From NCBI RefSeq assembly GCF_039654945.1, contig NW_027361763.1, forward strand, positions 7,006,001 to 7,070,000: a DNA stretch of 64,000 nt. Direction: 5' to 3'. Positions 25,401 through 36,771 of this stretch are shown here, piece by piece. The stretch comes from Dendrobates tinctorius. Lineage: Eukaryota. The translations under genes were made by a program, and so were the position numbers. How positions within the stretch are numbered: the first letter of the stretch is position 1; every line of letters starts with the position of its first letter. Under the pieces are notes generated by a model, which saw only the letters and a list, made by a program, of their open reading frames with translations, was not told the origin of the DNA and searched no databases.

Positions 25401-27492
25401 CCCCTGCTATGTGGAGGGCAAACTGCTGCTGCCTCCAAATTGTAACTACTTCAGATTTAAACATTCTCTGATTTGGCCTCTGTCTCCACTCTGTCTCTAG
25501 TATTTCCCCTGACCTCCAACACCGCCAGTTCCTGCTCACAGTTGCCGTCCACGCATTCCACACGTGTTCCTGTGTTACTGGGGTTCTGTTACGTCAGCAG
25601 ATCCCCCAATGTGTGTCCGCCACTGTCTCCTGCGCTGTCCACCTTCCCACTGCAAGTGGTGGGAATGTGGACAGAGCAGGAGACATTGGCAGACAAACAT
25701 CAGGGGATCTGCTGACATTACAGAACACCAGTAACACAGGAACACGTGTGGATTGGGCAGACGGCTACTGTACGCTTAAACTGGCGGTGTTTGTAGTCAC
25801 GTGAAATCCTGGAAACAGAGTGGAGATAGATGCCTAATTGGAGCACGTTGACAGTCTGTTGTAGCCTACAAACAATCAAAAACTGCCACCAAGTAGGCCT
25901 CGGCCTGCACCCTGGTTCTCCCTGGGCTCCAACAACGCTAGTTGGTGCTCGGAAGTGCTGTCCACACAGAAAAACACACTCGTTCATGTGAAAGTGGGGT
26001 TCGGTAACGTCAGCTGATCCCCTGCTGTGTGGAGGGCAAAGTGTCCTGCTCCCTCCCAAGTCAAAATACCTCTGCTTTAAACCTGGCTCCTTGTAGGCCT
26101 CGGCCTGCACCCTGGTTCTCCCTGGGCTCCAACAACGCTAGTTGGTGCTCGGAAGTGCTGTCCACACAGAAAAACACACTCGTTCATGTGAAAGTGGAGT
26201 TCAGTAACGTCAGCTGATCCCCTGCTGTGTGGAGGGCAAACTGCTACTGCCTCCAAATTCAAACAACGTCTTATCTTAAACTGCCTCCAAGTAGGCCTCA
26301 GCCTACAAAATGACTATCCCTGGGCTCCAACATCGTCAGTTGTTGCTCGGAAGTGCCGTCCATACAGAAAAACACACTCGTTCATGTGAAAGTGGGGTTC
26401 AGTAACGTCAGCTGCTCCCCTGCTGTGTGGAGCGCAAACTGCTGCTGCCTCCAAATTGTAACTACTTCAGATTTAAACATTCTCTGATTTGGCCTCTGTC
26501 TCCACTCTGTCTCTAGTATTTCCCCTGACCTCCAACACCGCCAGTTCCTGCTCACAGTTGCCGTCCACGCATTCCACATGTGTTCCTGTGTTACTGGGGT
26601 TCTGTTACGTCAGCAGATCCCCCAATGTGTGTCCGCCACTGTCTCCTGCGCTGTCCACCTTCCCACTGCAAGTGGTGGGAATGTGGACAGAGCAGGAGAC
26701 ATTGGCAGACAAACATCAGGGGATCTGCTGACATTACAGAACACCAGTAACACAGGAACACGTGTGGATTGGGCAGACGGCTACTGTACGCATAAACTGG
26801 TGGTGTTGGTAGTCACGTGAAATCCTGGAAACAGAGTGGAGACAGATGCCTAATTGGAGCACGTTGACAGTCTGTTGTAGCCTACAAACAATCTAAAACT
26901 GCCGCCAAGTAGGCCTCGGTCTGCACCCTGGTTCTCCCTGGGCTCCAACAACGCTAGTTGGTGCTCGGAAGTGCTGTCCACACAGAAAAACACACTCGTT
27001 CATGTGAAAGTGGGGGTCAGTAACGTCAGCTGATCCCCTGCTGTGTGGAGGGCAAAGTGTCCTGCTCCTTCCAAAGTCAAAATACCTCTGCTTTACACCT
27101 CGCTCCTAGTAGGCCTCGGCCTGCACCATGATTGTCCCTGGGTTCCAACAATGCTAGTTGGTGCTCGGAAGTGCTGTCCACACAGAAAAACACACTCGTT
27201 CATGTGAAAGTGGGGGTCAGTAACGTCAGCTGCTCCCCTGCTGTGTGGAGGGCAAACTGCTGCTGCCTCCAAATTGTAACTACTTCAGATTTAAACATTC
27301 TCTGATTTGGCCTCTGTCTCCACTCTGTCTCTAGTATTTCCCCTGACCTCCAACACCGCCAGTTCCTGCTCACAGTAGCCGTCCACGCATTCCACACATG
27401 TTCCTGTGTTACTGGGGTTCTGTAACATCAGCAGATCCCCCAATATGTGTCCGCCACTGTCTCCTGCGCTGTCCACCTTCCCACTGCAAGCG
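22440..27492 (+). repeat. hAT cargo array 1: 199-bp units with ~360-bp fold-back cassettes, higher-order period 817 or 1016 bp
   Basis: GTAGGCCTCGGCCT recurs every 199-200 bp. Palindromic cassettes start at about 22620, 23640, 24457, 25473, 26489 and 27307 (last one half). Confidence 0.95.
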
Positions 27493-29315
27493 GGGTTCCA
27501 GCACGCCTGCTGTTTCCGGGTAGTGTCAAGGTCACTATGCCACCAATCCGTTGTCCTGTCGTCTTGCGGCCGGGTTAGCCGACTCTACGGTGCCTGCAGT
27601 TTAGGTGACTCCTATGTGGGCTGCGGGAACTGGCACTGAAGGCTGGATCCGTAGTGCCAATGGGACATGGACCCCCTGTAGGACTGTGGGTTTCGGTAAC
27701 TGCGGCCGGCTTGCGGCCTGGCTACTTTGCTTTCAATGGGTACCTTCTGCTACCCACCCGGGTTCCAGCACTGTCTGCTGGTTCTCGCCAGAGCCTTTGG
27801 CCTAGGTGCCTCCATCTCGGTATCCGAGGTCCAGCACCGTCAGCTGGTCCTTGGTAGTGCTTTCTAGCACAGGTACCTCCTGCCTAGTAACCGTGGTCCA
27901 GCACCGTCAGCTGTTCCTCGGTAGTGCCATTGGCTCTTGTAGCTTTTGATACCCATCTGGGTTCCAGCACCGTCAGCTGGTTCTCGGCAGTGTCTTTGGC
28001 ACGGGGACTCCCTGTTGCCCAGCCTGGTTCCAGCACGCCTGCTGTTTCCGGGTAGTGTCAAGGTCACTATGTCACCAATCCGTTGTCCTGTCGTCTTGCA
28101 GCTGGGTTAGCCGACTCTACGGTGCCTGCAGTTTAGGTGACTCCTATGTGGGCTGCGGGAACTGGCACTGAAGGCTGGATCTGTAGTGCCAATGGGACAT
28201 GGACCCCGTGTAGGACTGTGGGTTTCGGTAACTGCGGCCGGCTTGCGGCCTGGCTACTTTGCTTTCAATGGGTACCTTCTGCTACCCACCCGGGTTCCAA
28301 CACTGTCTGCTGGTTCTCACTAGAGCCTTTGGCCTAGGTGCCTCCATCTCGGTATCCGAGGTCCAGCACCGTCAGCTGGTCCTTGGTAGTGCTTTTTAGC
28401 ACAGGTACCTTCTGCTTAGTAACCGTGGTCCAGCACCGTCAGTTGGTCCTCGGTAGTGCCATTGGCTCTTGTTCCTTCTGCTACCCATCCGGGTGCCAGC
28501 ACTGTCTGCTGGTTCTCGCCACAGCCTTTGGCCTAGGTGCCTCCATCTCGGTATCCGAGGTCCAGCACCGTCAGCTGGTCCTTGGTAGTGCTTTTTAGCA
28601 CAGGTACCTTCTGCTTAGTAACCGTGGTCCAGCACCGTCAGTTGGTCCTCGGTAGTGCCATAGGCTCTTGTTCCTTCTGCTACCCATCCGGGTTCCAGCA
28701 CTGTCTGCTGGTTCTCGCCACAGCCTTTGGCCTAGGTGCCTCCATCTCGGTATCCGAGGTCCAGCACCGTCAGCTGGTCCTTGGTAGTGCTTTTTAGCAC
28801 AGGTACCTTCTGCTTAGTAACCGTGGTCCAGCATCGTCAGTTGGTCCTCGGTAGTGCCATTGGCTCTTGTTCCTTCTGCTACCCATCCGGGTGCCAGCAC
28901 TGTCTGCTGGTTCTCGCCACAGCCTTTGGCCTAGGTGCCTCCATCTCGGTATCCGAGGTCCAGCACCGTCAGCTGGTCCTTGGTAGTGTTTTTTAGCACA
29001 GGTACCTTCTGCTTAGTAACCGTGGTCCAGCACCATCAGTTGGTCCTCGGTAGTGCCATTGGCTCTTGTTCCTTCTGCTACCCATCTGGGTGCCAGCACT
29101 GTCTGCTGGTTCTCGCCACAGCCTTTGGCCTAGGTGCCTCCATCTCGGTATCCGAGGTCCAGCACCGTCAGCTGGTCCTTGGTAGTGGTTTCTAGCACAG
29201 GTACCTCCTGCATAGTAACCGGGGTCCAGCACCGTCAGCTGTTCCTCAGTAGTGCCATTGGCTATTGTTCCTTCTGCTGCCACTACGGGTTCCAGTACTG
29301 TCAGCTGGTTCTCGC
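27493..29315 (+). repeat. hAT cargo array 2: ~66-bp units in a 199-bp higher-order repeat, plus a 532-bp duplication
   Basis: CCAGCACCGTCAG(C/T)TGG about every 66 bp. Repeated ORF starts at 28338/28537/28736/28935/29134 (199 apart) and 27605/28137 (532 apart). Confidence 0.95.
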
Positions 29316-29317
29316 AT

Positions 29318-29880
29318 GAAGACAACCACCAAGATACAGAACAAAAGACAGAAGAACAAGATGCAGAAGAAGCAAAAGCAGAAGAACAGAAAGAAGAAGA
29401 ACATTAAGCATAAGACAAAAAATCAGCATAGAAGAAATCAAAATTATAAGCAGAAGAAGACTAAGCAGTAAATGGGGGTGAGTCCGTTCCTCCTCGTGGT
29501 GCCCCTGGAAAATGCCTGCTGCTGCAGGCCAAACTGAACGCGGACAAATCCTGTTGTAAATCTTTTGTGACAGGCAGAACGTAAGGTGTAATCTTATAAC
29601 TTTTATAGATAAGTACTACAGGAATGCCTGTCGCCATAAGAAAATGAAGAAAAAGAAGAATAGGAAGAAGATGAAGAAATAGCATATGAAAATTAATAAT
29701 AGCTGAATAAGAAGAATATGAAGAATGGAAAAAAAAAATAATGGGAAGAAGGTGAAGAAGAAGAAGATGAATAAGGTGAAGAAAAAGTTGATGAAAAAAA
29801 TGCTACTGCTGCGGATCATGAAGGAGAAAGTGTGGGAGAAGTACAAAAGTAGGTGAAGAGCATGGAAGTTGTGAAACATA
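29318..29880 (+). repeat. A/GAA-rich low-complexity tracts (29318-29472, 29636-29880) around a GC-richer island
   Basis: AAGAAG/AAGCAG runs on both sides of 29474-29635. Confidence 0.85.
29474..29545 (+). ncRNA. Candidate HDV-like self-cleaving ribozyme
   Basis: P1 GGGGGUG/UGCCCCU with G1-U wobble; P2 GUCCGU/GCGGAC; P3 CC/GG; L3 UCCUCGU; P1.1 CC/GG; P4 GCCUGC/GCAGGC; J4/2 CUGAA. Core CCUCCUCGUGGU versus HDV antigenomic CCUCCUCGCGGU. Confidence 0.7.
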
Positions 29881-30240
29881 CATATCTGACTAAATATAAA
29901 AAAGTTAACATAGTCAATATCTTTTTAACTCCAAACGTCTTGAAAAAAAAAATTGGAATTAATGCTATGCCATGTGATTTGAATAAACCATTATGCTTTT
30001 AATGTCTCCTCCACCTCCCACAATACATTCTACATGATTCTTATTTGTTTTCAATTATGTAGAATTAGCCAACAAGGAAATAAAGGGCTTTTTTTAATTC
30101 CGATACCGGAAGTCCCATTGACTTGAATGGGACTTCCGGTATCGGAATCGGCGATACCCGATATTTTTTTCGTATCGGGCGATACCATCCGATACAATAT
30201 TTTTGGGTATCGAACGGTATCGCTCAACACTATATATAAA

Positions 30241-30434
30241 ATAAAGGGAACACTTAAACAACAAAATCTAACTCCAAATCAGTCAAGCTTATGTGAAATC
30301 AACACTGATTGTGATTCAATTTCTCCTGCTGTTGTGCAAATGGTGTAAACAACAGTTAGAAATGATAGGAAGGTCACTAACGTCTATGTGTCTGCTCAGT
30401 AAGAGTTTCTAGGGTTCCCTTTATTTTTTGAGCA

Positions 30435-30436
<2 letters not shown>
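30241..30436. mobile_element. Short internally deleted Tc1 derivative
   Basis: Inverted ends ATAAAGGGAAC / GTTCCCTTTATTTTTTGAGCAG followed by TA repeats; left tip missing next to the hAT insertion. Confidence 0.6.
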
Positions 30437-30470
<34 letters not shown>

Positions 30471-30473
<3 letters not shown>

Positions 30474-31626
30474 AAGGCAACGCTCATCGAGTGTATTGGG
30501 GGACACTCACTTGGCAGCGCATTCACGTCACACAGGAACACTTTCCGTTAAACAGTCTATGTGGTTTATTGAACGGTATAAACTATATAAGGCAACACAA
30601 AGAAAGCAGTCTTATATCAGATAGATTAATCCTTAATGTCCATAGTAGAGCTTCGCTCTCTCAGTCGTGTGGCCACACAGGATGTGCCATGTCCAGTAAC
30701 AGGCTCTATTGCCTCACCACAGTTATTTCCCCCTGTCCGGGATTACCTCTTAGGAGCTTCTGCTCCAGACGCCGACTCTTGGTTTCTCCCGGGGAAGCGG
30801 CTGCACTGAGCTCACCATTCCGGACAGTGCTTTATTCAATAGGCCGCCTCACAGTTCCAGAACCACAGCCAGGCAGTGGCTTCCCCAAATGCAGTCCATC
30901 ACAGACTCTGCTCACACACGTGGCCTGTCCGGGTGCTATTCAGGAATCCGACCCTTCTTCCTGGGTCTCCCAACACCAGGACCAGGGCCTCAGCGGGTGC
31001 TATTCAGGACGTCCATCCCCTCCTGAGACCGTCCAACACTCACGCCTCACCGGGTGTTATTCAGGGATCCATCCCTACTCCCATGGACTCCCAACACACC
31101 GGCCTCACCAGGTCCAAGGTCGCAGCAGGTGCTATTCAGGAAGGCAGCACACCTTCCAACACCTAGACCTTCCAGAACCTTCCACCCTGAATCATTCAAG
31201 TACACACTCTCTCCCCATGTGACCAGACCTCAGGCACCTTATATGGTCCATAGCCACACCCAGAGGTGAGGTATGAATCACATGGTTATGACTTCACTAA
31301 AGGTCTTCTTTCACACAGTCACACACACACAGGCTTTATTCTGGACATTCAGACACACGCCCCTAGGTGGGTTTGTAGGTGAATGGTCCCACCTATCTCA
31401 CCAAGTCACTTGGAAGCTGGAAGCTTTCCCTGATACACTGCAGCAAACCCTTAGCAGTACCTCTGCTGAGCAACACATGTTCCAGCTTCCATCACAAGTC
31501 ACCCACACTTGTGATACATATCAGCCATTCACAACCCTGCCAGTCAACATTTTCCCTACTACAATGAAGGAACGCCTGCATGCATGTCCCATACAGCGCC
31601 CCCTAGCTGTCACAGGGGTCACTGCA
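30471..31626 (-). mobile_element. Long (1156-bp) LTR variant related to 16308-17064
   Basis: TGTAAGG...CACTGCA termini; shares the family's terminal blocks (CAGCGCCCCCTAGC, TTATATGGTCCATAGCCAC); abuts (TA)n. Confidence 0.7.
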
Positions 31627-32946
<1,320 letters not shown>

Positions 32947-32949
32947 TAT

Positions 32950-33352
32950 GTCTTTTTACATCTGAATTTGCTCCTCAGACCTTGTGGGGGCATCACAACA
33001 CAGAACCAAACCCCAATCAGAGGACAATAAAACTTTCACACTACTTACAGTATCTATGAACTGTTCCAATATTGATGGCCACAACTGTTTATCCCTCTCC
33101 CATAATGATAGTTCTGCTTCACGTCACATGTCTTATCTATTGCATTATTTCTGTGCTGTGTTGTGTATAAATATGTGATTCTTCAGATTTTGTATTAGTC
33201 TATACCTGATGAAGAGACCTGACTAGTCTCGAAAACTTGCAATGTGTTACCATCTTTTCAGTTAGCCATTAAAAGGTATCAACCACTGAAGACTCTAAAT
33301 TCTACATATTTTTCTATCTACTGACTAACACGGCACAAAGATATATATATTT
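32950..33352 (+). mobile_element. Penelope-like element terminal-repeat (pLTR) fragment
   Basis: Carries a hammerhead core. Its 3' part (TTACCATCTTTTCAGTTAGCCATTAAAAGGTATCAACCACTG) recurs at 39277-39762 and 44143-44193. Left boundary approximate. Confidence 0.65.
33200..33245 (+). ncRNA. Minimal type I hammerhead ribozyme motif, probably decayed
   Basis: CUGAUGA (33206-33212), stem II GAGAC/GUCUC, GAAA (33231-33234). Stem I and the AAGCUU stem III palindrome seen in the 39730 copy are mutated here. Confidence 0.6.
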
Positions 33353-33977
33353 GCCTTATGAAAACCTTCTCAGAACCATTTACTAAAAAGGTGTCTTTCA
33401 GACAGTCCAGTAAATAGCCTATCTAATCAGCAAGTACCACACACAAGCATGAAATGCAATGATGAACAACCTCTGTCTAGTCATCTGCTTACAGATGCAA
33501 CTATATCTCCCTCCAAGGACTTCAAGTGTGTGAAGACCAAACCCGAGCAGCGGTAAAGCTGATAAAAATGACATAGTCTTTAAGAAAAGGAACCTACAAG
33601 AATGATAATAGGAGCATCTGAAATGTGAATTTGACCTGAGTGATTAATGACTACGTTCGATATTGGACATTTGCCCAGTTTAAAAGCACATTACTACCCC
33701 CCGTAGGCTAAACAATGTTCATCTAATTCCAGGATCAGTTATATCAGGACCATCGTAAAGACCCTTCAGCTCTTTATATTTTTCATACCCTACCTCTAAA
33801 TACTATTCATTCTAGTATTGCTCATAATACAATTCCCTAATGGAATCGTATCTAACACTAGTCCACTGTAATTAATGAGAAATAATATTATAGGAATTAT
33901 CTTATCGATAATGGGAAGATGGAATTCAGACAATGATCCATCAAAGTCCACTCACGAATCGTAAGTTCCCATCCAGG

Positions 33978-34154
33978 CAGTGTCAGACTGAAGAACATTG
34001 GGCCCACCGGAGGATTTGATTCTGAGGGTCCATATTTCCTCCCTGCTGAAGAGCCCGAGAGCAACTACAAGGTTTGCACTATGAATTCTCTTGAAGGAGA
34101 AGCCAGGGCCCACTGGAGGATTCTCCGGTTCTCTGGTGGGCCAGTCCAACCCTG
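33978..34154. mobile_element. hAT MITE
   Basis: TIRs CAGTGTCAGACTG / CAGTCCAACCCTG; exact 8-bp TSD CATCCAGG. Confidence 0.85.
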
Positions 34155-34466
34155 CATCCAGGCCTTTGGTCTCCTAACCTGGTCTTATCAGCATCATGGG
34201 TGTATCTGGCTGTTGAGTTAGTGCCAGAAAACCCACTGCAATATGGAAATCATGGTCCATATTTGGACCCCAGAATTCAAGCTTCATCAGTGTTCACATT
34301 ACTTCTTAGCCTACTGTCAGTAGCTTACATCTAAAGTCCTGGAAATTGGGATCCGGACATATGCACTGACAAAGCCATTGTCTGTAATGATACAGTCGGA
34401 GTCACTATACACGTTCCAACATAATTTTAGGCCATGACTACAATATGTTGCCTACTGTGTCTTGAA

Positions 34467-34692
34467 TAGAGTTGAGCAAAATTTTCAGAATTTGTTTCCA
34501 ATTATGATCGGCGGCGAATATTGTTTTTGCAATATTCACCAAATGCCATTGGAGTCAATTGTAGTAGAAATTGCTGAATATGTTCGGAACCGATCATCAA
34601 ACATAAATTCAGCATGAATAGGGTACCAATTTGGCACAAATATGGCAAATTCACATTCAGCGACCGATTCCGAACATATTTGCTCAACTCTA
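34467..34692. mobile_element. hAT MITE
   Basis: TIRs TAGAGTTGAGCAAA / TTTGCTCAACTCTA; exact 8-bp TSD GTCTTGAA. Confidence 0.9.
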
Positions 34693-34863
34693 GTCTTGAA
34701 TGTCACCTGAACTGGGTGTATATGATAAAAATTATGTCCGACAGAGCACAGTGACTCCGACTGGATCATTATAGTCAATGGCCCAGTCAGCGCCAATGTC
34801 TCAATCCTGCTTTCCATAACTTTAGACAAAAGCCCCCAACAGAGCCACAAGATATAGGCTTAA

Positions 34864-35545
34864 TGTCACAATCCATTTTTGGATCGGTCAGATTCTGGAT
34901 TCTCTTTTATAAACTTTTTCCCTTTCAGGCCATCGGGGGTTAATGTCAGTTTTTGCCCCCACGGTGGCCGCTGGTGTTACTACAACTGTAGTTGGTAGTG
35001 TAGGCTGCTGGGTTCCCCCCCGGTGGCCGCTAGTGTTACTACATGCTTAGTTAGTCAGCAGGTGGTGACTACTCCACTTCCTTTTATAAGGCCACCTGGT
35101 GCTGCAGATCACTGTTGGTAATACTGGTCATTTGCTAACCAACCTTGGTGGACTGGACCTACCTGGTGCAGAGGGGGTTAAGCTTATCTGGAGCAGTGCA
35201 GTTGCTGCTGGATGCTGATCTGGTGCCTTACTCTGCTGCTTAGAGCATTGGCAGCAGATAAAGCTAAGTTTTGGTTTTTAGTTGCTTTAACCCCATGGTG
35301 TCTGTTTTGTCTTTCCTTTTGTGTTATTGGTGCAGTTCACTTTATTCCTTGTCTTACCTCCTGGGGAGGGGGTTGTGGATTTAGCTCAGGGCTAAACAGG
35401 AGATAGGGACGGGTCGGAGACTTGGGCCTCACTACCATCAAGTGTACCCCCAACTTAAGGAAAGTCAGGGCACCTCCTTAGCCTGAGGGGCAGTTGAGGG
35501 GCCCAGGTTCCACGTCTCCTGTTTTCCTCCTACTGCCCCGTGATA
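34864..35545 (+). mobile_element. Probable solo LTR (Gypsy-type)
   Basis: TGTCACA...CGTGATA termini, internal TTTTATAAGG TATA-like box, flanks TTAA/CTAA (imperfect 4-bp TSD). Confidence 0.55.
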
Positions 35546-36434
35546 CTAACCAAACCTTATAAAGTGAGTCCATCTAGTTTAATCCTACTTCACTCATAGT
35601 TATCAATCAGAAGAAAGCATTTCCCAGGAGGCAAAAGATTCCATCAGTATACTTTATTGATAGAAGGACTATGGAATTGTTGTACTGCCCACCGGAATGG
35701 GAAGAAGCATCTGAAATAATTTGGATGGTAATATTTTGGAAGGTACTATCTAAAACCAAAAATGCTACAAATTGGTTTCTTACCAGTGACTCATCAATGG
35801 AATCAGAGGAGCACTGGAAACAAATCTCAATGGTCCTTTCAACAAAAGGACAATTTTCCTGTCTGTACATCATCCAGTTGGGGAAGGATATTTGATATAA
35901 AAGTGTGACAAAGTCTGAATGAAAGGGCTGCATATCTTTGGGACATGAATATTCTAAAAAAAAAAAATCAATAATTTACAGTGGTGAGGAAATAATTATA
36001 AGCTTGGATTACGAAACAAAGCTGAGATATGGATCTTTTTGGCAGGATCAGTAGTTTCCCATATGGATAGAGTGAAAGGATGACCTAACTGGAGTAGGGA
36101 TTGTCCGGTCTAGATATACAAATCCGCAGTCACTCTACACGTGTGACATATGCTGCAAGGATTCTCTTGTGCAGACATCAGTAGCGGGTAATCATGTGAT
36201 TGCAAGTATGCAATTTGCATACGTTTGACTTGACCACATTACGACTAGACATGTCCAGCCTCTCTCAATTCACTTGTATTTAGTGAGGTCGTTGCACATC
36301 TAGTCGGCATGTGACCGCATGTCTGCAAATCGCATACTTGCAGTAACTTGCCCGCCTCCCAGTGTCGGCACCGGAGAATTGTGAGGATTCACAAGTCTGT
36401 AATCACACAGAGTGACTGCAAACTTACACCCTAA

Positions 36435-36597
36435 GGCCTCATTCACACATAGTTTTGTATTAATATTTGTCTGCCAAAACCAGGATTGTCTCCAAAACAC
36501 ACAACAGGTGACAATCTTAAAATTTATAGCTTTTCTCCGTAACTTGAACTCCTGGCTTTTGGCATACATGCTAAAACGCTGACATGTGAATGAGGCC
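36435..36597. mobile_element. Harbinger-type MITE inside an older Kolobok/T2-like MITE (~36097-36613)
   Basis: TIRs GGCCTCATTCACA / TGTGAATGAGGCC with TAA TSD; host ends AGGGATTGTCC / GGACAACCCCT. Confidence 0.85.
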
Positions 36598-36771
36598 TAA
36601 GGCGGGACAACCCCTATAAGTACCACATGCACATTAAATATGAGCGTTCACCAAAACGATCTCTTGGCTTCCCCCATGCATAGGAAAGTTTGGCATAATT
36701 TATTAAGAGAGGCATGAGGCTTTCATACCCAGACTAACAGCCAATCTTGCTGGCATACACATTAGTCTAAT

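Larger units (their letters stand above)
17833..30232 (+). mobile_element. Full-length 12.4-kb hAT DNA transposon with a large structured 3' cargo
   Basis: TIRs TAGTGTTGAGC / GCTCAACACTA; exact 8-bp TSD TATATAAA (17825-17832 and 30233-30240); subterminal CCGATA repeats at both ends; encodes a hAT transposase. Confidence 0.93.

Noticed and set aside
22440-29315. CRISPR array or repeated small proteins
   Set aside because: Intervening sequences are repeated, not unique spacers; no cas genes; eukaryotic context; ORFs only mirror the repeat.
35607-35933. Possible DIRS RNase H remnant (IISDASS) or host exon
   Set aside because: Only one short motif; no convincing splice sites or flanking domains.
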